Assembly: GCA_973895155.1 (NCBI GenBank)
Contig: OZ316897.1
Span: 16,243,375 to 16,307,374 of the forward strand
Direction: 5' to 3'
Length of the DNA: 64,000 nt
Source: Marsupella aquatica
Taxonomy: Eukaryota > Plantae > Marchantiophyta
Part shown: positions 49,831-63,390 of the stretch, piece after piece
Layout: each line of letters starts with the position of its first letter
Numbering within the stretch: the stretch's first letter is position 1
Notes under the pieces: model-generated
Told to the model about the DNA's origin: nothing
Database searches by the model: none
Seen by the model: the letters and a program-made list of their open reading frames with translations, nothing else
Position numbers and translations under genes: made by a program

Positions 49831-52800
49831 AACCATTCTGTTGCATATTAGGGCATACATAGAAGGTCTAACTTTGCTCTTAAAAACTTGTTGGAAATGA
49901 GAAGGGTGTCAATGAGTAGCGTGTAAAAGGTCAATGGGGGTTGCATGGTTTGCAGGCTTGGACCATGGGAGCATCAATTTCCACTCTCACTTTAGAACCC
50001 AATGAGACTCACACAGAATTTGTTTTACCAAAGAAAATTGACCGAATTCACCACTTCCCTTACAGGCCCCCCACCTAGCAGCCAGATGGGCCCACCATAT
50101 CCTGCTCACAGAGAGTGCCGTGCCTGATGTTTAGTACGCTCAAAGGATGCTCGAGGACAGTGTACGTTGTGTGTTTGAAATTGAAATTCTTTGAAGCTTG
50201 GATTGAAGGAAAGCATCACTCACTCCCCATTCTAAAAGTAGCACATGAATTGTCTTCACTTGTCTTTTGTTTAAAACCCCACTGTCCATGACAAAACCTG
50301 GATCCACCAGGTTTCACCATTTTTAGAATCATTTTCCTGAAATTGTGGAGCAAAGTTTCACCCTAGTGGAGAGAAATGTGAAAAATCGAAAAGTCTTGGA
50401 CACTTCTCCTTTTATATGGACAGTGGTGGTTTAAACCACATCTACCACTATAAAATGGGGTCTGCCCCCTTAGAAACCATTGTTCATTTGCCTAGTATGT
50501 GAACAAAAGACCTGCCCTACAGGCTGACCATCATACAACACCCCTATCCTAATTTTTCACTTGATGATTTCTTACAAAACTACATTCACTATCTTTGAAT
50601 CGGGTTTTGTGCAACACAGATCCATTAATTTTGAGCCATCAATAGCTGCTTACAGTGAAAGAATGAGATGAGAGTGATACACAAGTCGTGCCCCCTCCCC
50701 CTAATAAAAAAAGAGAGCGTGGTGTTTCATAACTATAAGTGATTGTACAGTGTGTGAAATGAGTTATACAGATTACCTGAAGACTTATGCAGGAACTTGT
50801 GGTTTAAAGATAATAGTTGTAGTCATTAAAAACTCTTATGGAGTGGAGAACCAAAACAAATACAGCACAACAGTGACCACAAATGTGCCACACCATGGCT
50901 ACCTGGTGACCACTGCCATGACCAGAGTAGATTCGCTCACAAGCAATGTGGAAAACTGGTCACAAATGTTATAAGGGTCCTCGTCTAGGTCCATGCGAGT
51001 CTGCCAAAATTGGCCTGCTGGCCTCCTGGCCTTCCCACTTATCCCCACAACAGATAATGAAGGAGATTTTGTGACCTTCCATACTGTTTCCGTGGACAGC
51101 CTTACTGCTTGTACAACAGCCTTGTCGTCTAGACACACCTGTCCTTCACACTTTGACCTATAATTATTATATGAACAAGCCCTGGGAAAAGGCTTGGAAG
51201 GGCGGAGGGGGGGTTCACTTTATGGAGGACCATATATCCATCATGTGTGACCACTTGGGTTATTTATGACCCCCTTAATAACGACATGTAAAGTTTTACA
51301 ACATCAATTGTATGATGACATGCAGCTTTTTTTAGTTAAAAAACGTTTTCTTTCTACTAAGGTTTTAAATTTTTTCCTCAAAATGAATAAGAAAACCTTA
51401 GATTTGGAAACCCCTTACCTCCTAGACACATCAAGTGGACTCCTTGTTTCCTAGAGCTAAAGCCCCCCCCTCCCCACCTGGGGGAGTTGTTGCTTTGCGG
51501 TTTTCCTGTGCTGTTTGTTTCCACCCCTCCGCGGGCTTTCCAAGGTTTATTGTTAAAGAAAAAAATTCCAAGGAAAGGGGACCCTCCCCTACTCGTGTTG
51601 CTTTCAGTATCCTGGACAATTTATCTCAAACTTGGACTCCACAGTTTGAGATGCAGTTCTTGTGTTCTCATATTTCTCTATCATTCACAGTTCATTCCAC
51701 ACTAACTTGTTTAATTTGCTGGGCTGGAATTGGTCGCTATCAAAGAGTCTATTCTCTTATATTTGACAAAGCTCTGTAAAGGGCTTAGGTCATTAAAAAA
51801 TCTTGATCTAGAGGATGAAATACGCACAATTTGGGTAAAGTCTGTTCTCTTCTGTATCCTCAAATGGAACAAACAATCTTCATTAATTCACAATTGTAAT
51901 AGCTATAGGGTTTCAATACAACCAATATAGGTGTAGTAACCTATGCACCCTTTGTGTCTTCTTCACAAACGTTACTTGTCAATCTCCATCTCAATATTAA
52001 ATTTGTCATGAAGACTAAGTTATAGTAATTTTTTAAAAGGACCTCGCTTTCAATTTGGTTAAGGAATCAAATTTATTTTGTTTGCAATGTGATACTCACG
52101 AGGCTCAACACAATTCTACTAAGTAGGGCTTGATGCAATTTTTTTGGGGGAGGTCACTATGTGGAGAACCATACATCACATGGGATATGTTAGGGTCCAG
52201 ACCCCAACTTATAAGTGAATGTTTTCTGGCCTCATCTTTACTTACTTTAAATTTATCCAGTTTAGTTTCTTACCCCTAAAACACTGTATTAAGATTCCCT
52301 TCAGAATTAAGCAAGGCCTAAAAAGTAAAGAGAAGTACCTCATGATAGGAAGAGCATCCAACAGATGATCTGATCTGCTCATTCTGTCCAAGGGGAAACA
52401 ATGCCCCCCCCCCCCCCCCCCCCCTCACAAACCGCAAATAACCCCCCCAAGAAACCAGGAGTCCTTGGACAAGTTTTTATCTACTCCAAAGAAAAACTAA
52501 AACATTCATTGTATGCCTTGGGAAGACGGGTGATATTTCACAAGTTGACATGTCTACCAATTGGGTTGCATCATGTGTACCAAGATGCCATGTGTCATGT
52601 GAAAATTGGGCCCGATGGTCCCTAATTTTCCCAAGCATCTAGTCTCGTCACATTTCATCCCACTGTCCTTCTCCTGTCAACTATCATCTGCCCTGATAGC
52701 AATCATTTAAGGTCACAGCTTTTGGTATTTCTACCTGTCCACTGCCATCCTCCCAATCAACGGGCCCCCAAAGTAGGAGTCACAACTTTTAAGGACAATC

Positions 52801-52859
52801 TACTACAATAATAAAACTAAACAAGGTGGCAAGTCAGCACGAATGACAATCTACCAGAA

Positions 52860-53240
52860 ATTGAAGCTCAGATGGACCGACACCTTTGCAAAAATGCTTG
52901 GATAGACTTTTGCCTGAATGAACCACAAAGAAACCCTTTTTTCTGTTCAAATAATACATGCATATTACACTGATGTGTTAAATGTGGCAAGAAAATGAGA
53001 CACTCATATGTGGAAATTTCAGTTCTCAATGAAAATTTAAGCTTTTGGATAATTGGCAAGATCTTTTGTGACTGTTTTTTTTGTAAGAAACCCAAAACAT
53101 AAGATTTCATTGGATCTTAAGGGAGATATTGTAGATCAAAGTGTGAATATTGAATGATGGAGTGATTTCTATAAATTCATGACTCTATATTTTTCTGATT
53201 AAAATTGGAGATATTAGATTGGTTAGAAAAATCTTTCTAA
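52860..53240. repeat. Dispersed repeat, copy 2
   Basis: Homology to ~49400-49830. Confidence 0.65.
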
Positions 53241-54106
53241 GTCACCCCAATGTGGTGGATCTCCCACCACATGCCCGTCCAAACTTGTCTCTCAACCTTA
53301 AAACAAGTCAAACTTTGAACTCACACAAAATGCTGGGGCAAACTTTCTTCGGCTATACTCTTTGTTGCTTATGACTATTCCCATAAAAAGTTGCACTCAC
53401 CTTTGTTAGCACGACCTTTGCTCAAGACTCCCTAGTATTTGCACAGGTAAGCAGCCAAGTGACCGGTAAGTAATCAATCTTGATCTCAAATCCGGTCAAG
53501 CTCAACAACTAGTAAGTAAGTCAGCGGATCGAGCCTCGCATGGCCTTGCCATAAACAAAAGCCAAGTTGACATCCACTATTTCTTCTGAATAGCTTCCTT
53601 ACCAAATGTCGCCCAAGCTCCCCCACTTTCTATTGGTCAATGATTGACTGTCGGGTTTCCAATACATGCCCATGTCCCAATGTTAAGTTTGTCACAAGCT
53701 TGTAGTACCACGCCGAGACCATTTGATTCCTAGCTCTTGGACACCTTTCAACGGAGCCCTGTTTTCCTCAAGGTCTCATTATACATCCTCGAGGGCCTCA
53801 CTATATGGATATCTCCCCCATCACCTGCGGTGTTTTTAGGTCTTAGATCCCCTAAAATGTAAGGTTTTTTTTAATTTGTTGGTCTCTATAAAGATAAAAT
53901 ATTCTTGGAATATTCCTAAAATTTGGTTAGAAAAACTCTCATGTTCTCATAAGTCTCAAAAATGGGCTACCTACTTGGGAGCATGGAGATCATTTTCAAA
54001 TCTACCAATAGTAGGTGGCAAGGAAATAATTTCACATAAAAAATGGGCAATGTTCTAATTTTCAAGTTTGCCACTTTTCCCTAGACGACGACTGCCGTCC
54101 GTCCCA

Positions 54107-54277
54107 GTCAACGGCCGTCTGCACTCACGTCACATAGTCAATTAATTAAACTAATTAACTAATAACGGGAACAAAGTAAACATCGATCAGTCTTCTTGTC
54201 GTCCCAAACAGGGGGCGCGGCGAGGCTTGGCGTCCCGAACCACACGGTTCGGGTCCGAGGCTGGAGCTCCAACGGTC
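54107..54277 (+). promoter_or_regulatory. Putative SLX1 promoter with MSA-like (AACGG) elements
   Basis: TCCAACGGTC at 54268-54277 fits YCYAACGGYY; further AACGG cores at ~54110 and ~54164 at the edge of a CpG-rich region upstream of SLX1. Confidence 0.35.
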
Positions 54278-55713
54278 AAGAGATTTTCTCGCTCTGGTTT
54301 CGTACAAACGAAATGGACTCTTCTGCAGTCGTAATGTAGTAATTGTGAAAATAGTGGAGTGGAGAAATCTTCTCGGGACACGGAGCCCAACTATGGCGCA
54401 TTGATGATCCGTTCGTGCAGCTGCAATTCTTGGATCCGACGCGAAACAGCAATAATTTACCGTATGATCATCGATCGATCATACAGTACAGAAGTAGTGG
54501 ATTGGGAAAAAGTGGGATTGGAAACATGCCACGAAGGTGTTGGAGATGCTGATGCTGCCTGAGCAGGAAGAAGGAAGAGACTGAAGAGAGTTCCGCACTC
54601 CTTTTCCGTGAATCGAATTGTTAGAATTGGGTATTGATTGTCAACAATCATGTTCAATCAATGGGTGATGAGCCTTCAAAGTGCACGGGATCGAACTTTA
54701 CAGCACTCTGTGAACGAAAGTACTGTTAAGGGAGGATGATGAATTATTCCTCCCGTCGAGTAGAGGGGTTTCTAATTGGTAGGTCTGCTCGGATTTAGCG
54801 AGATTGTGACAACGGGAAGGTTGCCAGCTGACGTTGTGGTTTACCGTAGCTCTCAACTTGTTGTGAGGTCACAGGTTGGCACATTGGAAGAAGGGACACC
54901 TCACAGTGCGGCCTTTGGTGAATTGAGCTGGTGATTTTCTGTGTTCTCTCTCTCACCAGGCTTACTGCCCGATCTCCCGGGAGTCACCGGCGTTGGTGTG
55001 TAGCTAGCTACTCCTCAAATTGGAGCGGATTAGTCGATGAAGTACGAGTTTTTTCTGGTGGCATAGGGTGGCAATGCACGAAGAGTAAGAGTCGCTAAGC
55101 TTACTGAAACAACAGTGTCCCTTTGATTTCGACGTCTAGTTGAGTCGTTGTCCCTTAGACCAGTTATTCGTTTTGTATATTGGCCCAAAGGGCTATCCTT
55201 TACTTCCTCTGAGACAATTGTTGGAAAGTAGTACTATGTCTGAGTTCTGCTAGGCCGAGGGAACTAATAGTGGATAAAGAGTGAAGGATAGAAGAGCAGT
55301 AGGGCATTCGAGAGTACGCCTCACGGAGGCCTGGGAATGGCAGAACATAGAAACCAGGTGATCAGCCTAGAGAAGAGAGAGAGGACGAGCAGAGTTCTTC
55401 GTCCGTCGAAGGCTATTGTATGTGTACTTCGTTTCGCTCTGTGATGGAAAATGTTTATTTTGGAAAGAGAGCTGGATAAGCCACGGTTGAACGGGGCGGG
55501 CCCTGATATGGAAAGAGGAGACAGAAAGGATTTGTGAGCTGGGATTGCAAGGCAGGAGTGCGCTGGAAATCATCTGGAGAAGGGAGGGGGGAACATGTCG
55601 TGCAGAGGTGGGTGCTGATGTCATCGCTGGAAATTGACCGCTGGCAGCAGTGTGAGAGTTTCATACACGAGACCTCCGAGTGAAATCTTAAAAATAAAAA
55701 TAACTAGAGAGCA

Positions 55714-55778
55714 ATGACGCACGCTTGTTACCTTCTGCGATCCCTCAATCCCCGCTTCAAGACGAGCTTCTATATTGG
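55714..55778 (+). CDS. SLX1: SLX1 exon 1
   Basis: CYLL...YIG GIY-YIG strands, GG|GTAC donor. Confidence 0.9.
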
Positions 55779-58651
55779 GTACAACAACTTCTTTTCGTAT
55801 AATTTTGATACCTGTCTGTCTGCTTTGATGTCCCTGGGATTGATTTAGCGTCTTTGCCATAGTCTTGGCGTAGCTGTGATGTCGACTTCTGCTTCTACAT
55901 TGGATAACCTTCACAATGATGACCCTTTTGTCGGAAGGGGAAAGCTCTCCATTTATGCTACGGTCATTTAATGCCATGACCCCGAATTCTGCCATTTCCT
56001 TCGCTTTATTGTGGACTTTACCTCCAGTCCTGTGCCGTTTTCATCACCCGTGACGCCGTGGCTAGGGTTTGGATGTGAGTCGGATGCCCGCTCTGGCGAT
56101 ATGAACATCTTGAACATTTCCCAGCTGTTGTCAAGCCTCCTCGTTTGATTGTCCATCGGAATTGTGGTTAGCTATACTATTTCTTTTACTTCGGTTTGTA
56201 ATTCTATTCGCAATATTGTTGGTTATGCAGCTGCACGACGGATCCACGGCGTCGTTTAAGGCAGCATAATGGGGCAGTAGGGCAGGGAGCACAATTTACC
56301 AAAAAGAAGCGACCCTGGGAAATGATTCTATGCGTTTACGGCTTTACGTCTCATGTCAATGCCCTGCAGGTTCCCTCTCTTTTCCCTGCATTCCAGTCTC
56401 ATTCATGGCCTTCCCTGCTTCATGAGATATAACATAGCTCTTTCGAGTGCAGACGAGGCTTGGGCTGCCATTTATGAAACCCGTACTGGTTATCTGCAAT
56501 GTTTTTATCGCTACATCTAGACAGCGTGTAGCGGTCTGTCTTGAATGGAAGTGGTCTTGCGATTTCTCTATTTAAAGCTGCATGTGTCCAGGCATGTTTG
56601 CCTTTCCTTGGACCGATATGACAAATTTTGCACTTTGAGTGAAGGCAAATAGTTGAACTACTCAATTGTTACGAACATTAGTGTACTAAGGTGCATCTGG
56701 TGGCAGTTTGAGTGGGCCTGGCAGCACCCTTTGGTCTCCCTTGCTGTGAAAGAAGCTGCTGCGAAGCTGCCATCCTTGAAAGGAGTTCCCGGGATGATCA
56801 GACTCGTATGTACAATGGTGACTCTTCCTAGGTGGAACAGGTATTCCAAATCTGACAAACCTACAGACTTCACATGTATCTGTTGGCTTGCCAGTGCTGT
56901 AGGTGACTCCCGAATTAGGTATGCAGGTGCTATTCGTTGCTACACACATTAACACGGCTTTATGACATTCTTTGAGATTCTGGGGTTTTCAACATTTTAG
57001 GGTACACTGATGCAGTAATGTTCTGATTTAGACCTTTCACGTTTGACATCGAAAAGGTGGGATGTGGTGAAGCGCCTGTTCTGACTTTCGGACATCGTGG
57101 TACAGCTTGAATCTTACTCTGCAATTCATGCTATCGAGTCTCTTGCAACACCGGCAGGGGAGCCCACCACTCCCACCTCAAATGCGATTATTTGTGGCTC
57201 CCATCGATTCTCTTCCTGGTAAGGACTCCGGAGATGATAATGATGACAACGATGACTTGAGTACCTGTCAAGATGACGTCTCTCAGAGCGCTCAATTAGA
57301 CGAGGACAGCAGCTATTTGAAAGCAACTTCATGTACTGTGGTCGGACAGGTAAGAGTTACTGAGGGCGGCTCGACTGCTGAACTCGATATGTCCCACGAT
57401 ATATCGTCGTCACCATGTCCTAATAGAATGGGCAAGAAAAGTAGGAAAGGTAAAACACCACAAGGGATGAAGGGGAAAAGAGAAGCCACTCATAAGTTAT
57501 CAGAGGATCCAGTTCTCATAGACCTCCGGATAAAAGGGAGTGGATCAACGACGTTTTTTTCCATGGAGCAGACAAGTGCTGCAGCGCGGCATGAATTAAA
57601 CGACTTCCCTGTCTTTGATGATTCAAGGATAACGCTGACAAGTGTGGAGACCACGTGTACTAGTAGTGAGAAAGGCGTTGAACTGCTGCAAGAGTCTCTG
57701 AAAACATTCTTTTCTGTGAAGAAACAAGGGTCAGTGGCTTCAAATATTTATAGAAAGTCTAGGAATGGAGAAATTTGCAAAGTATTGGAGGAACATTCCA
57801 ACACTCGGAATGCCTCTGATGGGGTGGAGAGGAAAGGGAAATGCTCTGTAATCCTACCAGATTCTAAGAATTCCTGTAGGGAGAGAATCCAAGATGCAGT
57901 TTTGATCATCGACAGTGACGACGATGAGAAAGAAGGGTCAGTGGCTACAACTATTTACACAAAGTCTACGAGTGGAGGAATTTGCGAAGTACTGGACCAT
58001 TCCAATGGTAGCAATGCCCCTGATGGGTTGGAGAGCAAAGGGAAATGCTCTGTAATCCTACCAGATTCTAAGAATTCCTGTAGGGAGAGAATCCAGGATG
58101 CAGTTTTGATCATCGACAGTGACGACGATGAGAAAGAAGGGTCAGTGGCTACAACTATTTACACAAAGTCTACGAGTGGAGGAATTTGCGACGTACTGGA
58201 GGACCATTCCAATGGTAGCAATGCCCCTGATGGGGTGGAGAGCAAAGGGAAATGCTCTGGAATCCTACCAGATTCTAATAGTTCCCGTTGGGAGAGAATT
58301 CAAGATGAAGTTTTGATCATGGACAGTGATGACGATGAGAAAGAAGGGTCAGTGGCTACAAATAATTACACAAAGTCTACGAACGGAGAAATTTGCAAAG
58401 AATTGGAGGACCATTCTAGTAGTAGCAATGCTCGTGATGGGGTGGAGAGCAACGGGAAATCCTTTGGAAACCTACCAGATTCTAAGAGTTCGTATAGAGA
58501 GAGAATCCAAGATGTCGTTTTGATCATTGACAGTGATGACGATGAGATACAGGAGATATCTGCAACGGATTTTAAACAGAGCACCTTTGTGGGGAAAGTA
58601 GGAGTGACGGGCAGAAAAGAGAGAGCATGTTCCTTGATTAACTTCAGGTAA
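55714..58651 (+). CDS. SLX1: Structure-specific endonuclease SLX1 (GIY-YIG) with a long repeat-containing C-terminal tail, 4 exons, 627 aa
   Basis: Exons 55714-55778 ([22 protein letters not shown]), 56231-56369 ([14 protein letters not shown]...[12 protein letters not shown]...ALQ), 56707-56840 (FEWAWQHP...), 57106-58651 (SLNLTLQF...). All GT-AG and phase-consistent. Exons 1-2 are missing from the ORF track. Confidence 0.93.
56231..56369 (+). CDS. SLX1: SLX1 exon 2
   Basis: [10 protein letters not shown] and RPWEM motifs. Confidence 0.93.
56707..56840 (+). CDS. SLX1: SLX1 exon 3
   Basis: FEWAWQHP catalytic Glu motif. Confidence 0.93.
57106..58651 (+). CDS. SLX1: SLX1 exon 4 (long, acidic, repeats)
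   Basis: 514-codon open frame in phase with exon 3. It ends at TAA 58649-58651, or splices AG|GT at 58647 to G-TGA at 58735, which gives the same C-terminus. Confidence 0.85.
57728..58548 (+). repeat. Coding tandem repeat, 4 x 204-207 bp (68-69 aa)
   Basis: Units start at 57728, 57935, 58139 and 58346; each ends VLI(I/M)DSDDDE. Confidence 0.95.
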
Positions 58652-59575
58652 CGGGCAGGATGGGTTTTGATTGTCACGAAGCATAGCTGTTGATCCAAAA
58701 AGCATTGCACTTTCAGCTTCTTGCTATGGAACAGGTGAACAGGCACCTTGAACCAAATAGTCTCTGGTGAGGAGTGAAATTGGCAGAAATTCAGTAGGGA
58801 ATACGTAATCCTATTAATCAGGAAACTCTGTGGGGTAGTCCGAGGATCTGAAATGTTGTCTTGGACTCTCAACAGAACATATTGTATCACTTACAGTGAA
58901 CAAAGTTTACTTTAGGATATTTGTTAGGGTCTAGTGCAGTATATTCATGCATTGCATTTTAGTTGCATGCACTCATTCACCAATTCATTGTGAGCCCACC
59001 TGGCTTTCCTCATGCCAACAGCGCTGAGGTGATTTTTAGAGATGTTGATAATTGAGAACTAGGTCACTGGTGCTGAGAGAACAGTGGATTTTCAGCAATA
59101 TGTGAAAAACGTCAAGACCTCAAATTGCACTCCTGAAGCATATTATTATGACCTGGCAATGGTGAGCAAATCATCCATTATTACTCTGGAACCAGTTGGA
59201 GAGGAATAAGATTGAAGGCGGGGAGACGTGGATTGCGAATTTCAGTCAGCTGATATGGGGGTCGACTTCTGAAACATAGTGGGACAAGTTCCTCCTATGC
59301 TGTGTAGTTTACTCTCCATGCATGCTTACATCACGGCGAGTTACAAGAGCCTTGGGTTGGAATGATTGCATTGACCTCTGCATCTGTACACAGAAGTAAT
59401 GCCTTAAGAATGTCTCGGCTGGAATGATTGCATAATTTTTTGCGTCTGGACAAAGAAGTAAGAAGTATGCTGTAAGAAGGTTTGAGTTGGAATAATTACA
59501 TATGTATCAGCAATCCAGCAATTGCACATCTAGTTTGGGAAGACTTTTGTTCTCAATACAGTTCAGGGACCTATA

Positions 59576-59788
59576 TCTACAACTATAATAATGGATCCCG
59601 CCTTTTTTCGTCTTTTGTCCCCATACAAAAAAGCTTCTGGGCGGGAAAGATCCATAGCTGTTAGATTTGATTAGCTGTTTTTGCTCACCATTGATGAAAG
59701 AAATGTACACCCCTATCACGTATTTGCTTCCCGTTGCCCCTGTCCAATCCCTATGGGCCTGCCCTCCTATGCCAGTGCAAAGGGCTCG
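59576..59788 (+). mobile_element. Non-autonomous mini-Helitron (second copy, hairpin partly deleted)
   Basis: Homologous to 46580-46818 end to end; A|TC...CTCG|T; followed by (TA)n. Confidence 0.65.
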
Positions 59789-62300
59789 TATATATATATA
59801 TATATATATGACATTGCCAAATAACAAAAGACACCAAACCCAAAGACAGGAGACCTAATAGCTGCATGGTCCACAAAAAATCAGGACAGAAGCTGGTGTC
59901 AATTCAGCCTGGAACTCTGACCCCCTTCACATCTTTGATCAGTGGCAGCCCATGGAGTACCTTGTTTTGACTGGGGTCGCAGGATCTCCTGTCCGGTTAA
60001 CAGCCAAAGTTGTGGGTTTGGTCTGGTTCTCGGGAGAAAAAGTGTGGACCCTGGTTAGAGGTGCCTAACCATTTTGGACTCACTTCTACAAGTAACATGT
60101 TCAGCATCAATGGTGTTCTGTAGCTCTTTTGGATTTTAGTGAATATTGACCGGAAATTGCTATAGCCTGTTCCCCTGATGGAATAATTTTTTTTAAAGTG
60201 TTACTAGAGGCATCTGAACTCCTTTTTTGGGGGGATGTGCGCTAAAAAGCTCATGACGAAGGCAAGTTTCAAACCTGGCACTTGTGTTGCCCCACTCTTG
60301 CGGCTCCACCATTAGCCAGGGCCTGCAGGATGTTAGTGACAATATGTATTTGGTATTTATTTTCATTTTTCGGGCATTGAACCTTCAACTACTGGCAGCC
60401 ACCGACTACTGGAGCAAGCGCAAGAGACAACATTTAATGTGACTCTCGTGATTCAGAGAAGGAAATCATTTTGGGCCTGCAGTTCAGACCACGTCCTTAG
60501 AGGAGTTTATAAAGTCTGCAGACAACCCATGTTTAAGACACTTTAATAAAGGGGAGACAGTAAGAGAGAAACCCCAAAGAGACCAAAGAGCCAAAAAAGG
60601 CTGAGAGCCCTGGGCCCTTAGCTTAACTAATATGGGACCCCCCGTGCGAACAACTCAAGGGGTTTTTAAATCCTTTTTTTGAATAATAGTTATAATTGCT
60701 TATAATGTAACAACCCTTTGTTTTATTGGGTTCCATGTTATAATGAACCAAGGTGATCTAAAAAATAGGGTTCGAGTAGTTTTATGTAAGGGTAAAGCAT
60801 ATAGGGCCGCCACACGTCAATAACTCATTCATCCACGTGTCATTACATCCTTGGTTTGGGGTGTGCAAACACATTTGAATTTTTGGGGGATAGGGGAAAT
60901 TTTGCCTTTAGGGGGTCTCGTGTACCATTTATGGATGACCAAAATGGTCTGCCGTCGATCTCTTTGATGCTCTATATCAAACGGTGTAGGGGTATATATG
61001 GCCTTGTAGGGCCCCCAAAGAAGGAGGAGGTCAAGTAGACACCGTTGTTCAATGCATGTTGCGTCAGATGGGGATTCTATGATGCCACAAGTGATAGAGA
61101 GAGAGTCTCAATCCAGAGTCACTTATGTATCTCGGTGTATATTTATCACTTCTAGTGATCAAAGAATTGGTTTAAATGTAATAAGTTTTCCAATGCTTTA
61201 GACTCAAAGGATAACTTTCCTGTAAACGATGATGAATATGCTCAACAAACTATGGGACAAACTTAAGTGCAATGTGGACTTACGATTTTCATAGATGACA
61301 ACGTAGGATGTTTACAACTTAAATTTGGATACTTGTATGAGTTTGTTTGACTCTTAAATGCCTCGACTCCTACCTTCTTGCGAGGAAGTGTGTACATAAA
61401 GAATATGTTGTTCCTATTTTTGCTTTTGATAATGTGAAATGTTTATTCCAATCTGTTTGACTTAGAATCTCTTTGATAGAATTTTTTCTATAACACCTGA
61501 AGAGCATATTTAATGTCATTTTGATGAAGATTATAATAGTCTAAAGGGCTTTCTTAATGACCCAAAAGTAATTTATTAATACTAATAAGAGCTTTTTAAA
61601 AGGGCAAAAAATAGTACTGAAGGGGTTTGGAGGGGAGGACGTTCACAGGCCGGTTCCATTAATATACACGGAGTAAGGGCCCAGGGGCTGAGAGTCTCAC
61701 ACCCCGGCAAGGAACCAAAGCCCTACTAAACAGGAAACTCAGGACTATTTGTGTGATGAGCAAAATTTAGACCTGCATTTGAGGGGAGGGTAGTCAAGAA
61801 GACAAGTAGTCAGGAATATACAGGACATGACCTAGTGTGGAAGGTTAAGAAATACACGAGAAAGGGAAGGAGGTGTAAATTTAAAGGATGGCTAATGAAC
61901 AAAAGAAAATTTGGTGACCAAAACCCCTTTGGTCACTGACCTAGTACTTCACCTTCAGGCTGTCTGTTTTTGGATAAGCAAGAGGAAAGATATCTCAAAT
62001 ATGCCAAGCAAGGGGTTTTGGTCTTCTTTGAATCTTGGTGTTCTGAAGGCTGCCTTAGCCGGGCACCTACCTCCTTGGCCAAGGAAGAGATGAAATTGAA
62101 ACAGGGATAGAATGGAAAAGGACTTGTGCTTGCATCCTTGTAGGGGCAAATTTACATGGTATTGAATACTACTAATGTGGTTGAACGAGGCACTCTGAAA
62201 TTGGAACTTAGATGTAAATGGGATTGAATATTAAAATGCTACACAAGGAGGCACTCTCAAGTTGGACTCAAAAGTCTATGTACCATCTGGGTCTCCCCCA

Positions 62301-62582
62301 GGGGTCTTCACTTCTTTTCTTCTAACCCATCATGCATGAATAAGTATAGGATATTTTGTTGGGTTAGCAAAAGACTAAAAAAAAATTGTGGAAGAACATT
62401 TGGGTTTTTTTTAATCCAATTTTAAGAATTATAAGAATAATTGAGGCTTTACAACCAAATGTGGGAATTTCAAGAATGTTCCATTAATTTAGGGGTACAA
62501 AATCCCTTAAATGTTCATTGACTTGTGTTTATTCCCAAACTTGCGCGTGATATAGAACCCCCCCTTGGAGGTAGGCCCCCCC
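62301..62582. mobile_element. MITE, GGGG.TCACT family
   Basis: ggggtcttcactt left end; cttgcgcgtgatatag...ggcccccc right end; AT-rich core. Confidence 0.45.
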
Positions 62583-63390
62583 AAGTTGAGATTCATTAGT
62601 GTTGTTCCTATTCCAGGCACACTTAAGACTGGCAGGTGATGTTGAGTGTTAGGTAGGGTTCTTTTTTTTCCAAAGACTACACTTAATCAAGTTCCTTGGG
62701 TCTTAGTCTGAACTTGTTGTTTTTGAAACACTCAAGATGCTTGTTCTAGGCGAGGCTTTGATAATGCTGTTGAGTGCTCCTTTTTGGTGTGACACCATTC
62801 TAGGTGTTGGTAGAGTATATCATATTATCCAAGTATAAAGGTTGTGTATGTGTGCTATATGAGAAACTAGGTTCAATCTTGGATTCAGTTTGTGTTTGTG
62901 AGGGATAGTTGTCCCTTTGTGGTGGCTCAAAGGCCTCATTTTTCAATGTTGAACCTTTCAACATGAGCTTTGGCGGCTATGGTGTGGCCGACCAGGAGTA
63001 CATGTAAGTGTGAATTCCTTGAGTGCAAGGTGCGTTGGGCTTGACATATGTGTGTGATCGGATTGGGATGGATTGATTATGTATTGCTGGCATCTATCGT
63101 TGTTTGATTGCATTGGAGATTATTATGAGTTTTGAACATGTGTAGACACTAGTTCCACTTGCATTCCGTTCTCTTATATTTGTGATGTTGGATCATGCCT
63201 GTCTAGATGTGCGTGCAAAGCAATGTAGGTTGTGTAATGTTGTGCATGTGCACTACATTGGACAAATTGATATTGCCATCTGCTCTCAAGAGCATAACCC
63301 AAGCTTCCTCTTACCCATGAGATGATTACCAACATCCGAATTGAGACTACAAGCCACATATCAATGCTACTAGGGTCCATATGCACCTTC

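Noticed and set aside
50899-51138. 79-aa minus-strand ORF with coding-like composition
   Set aside because: No recognisable domain or linked exons; stops follow in frame.
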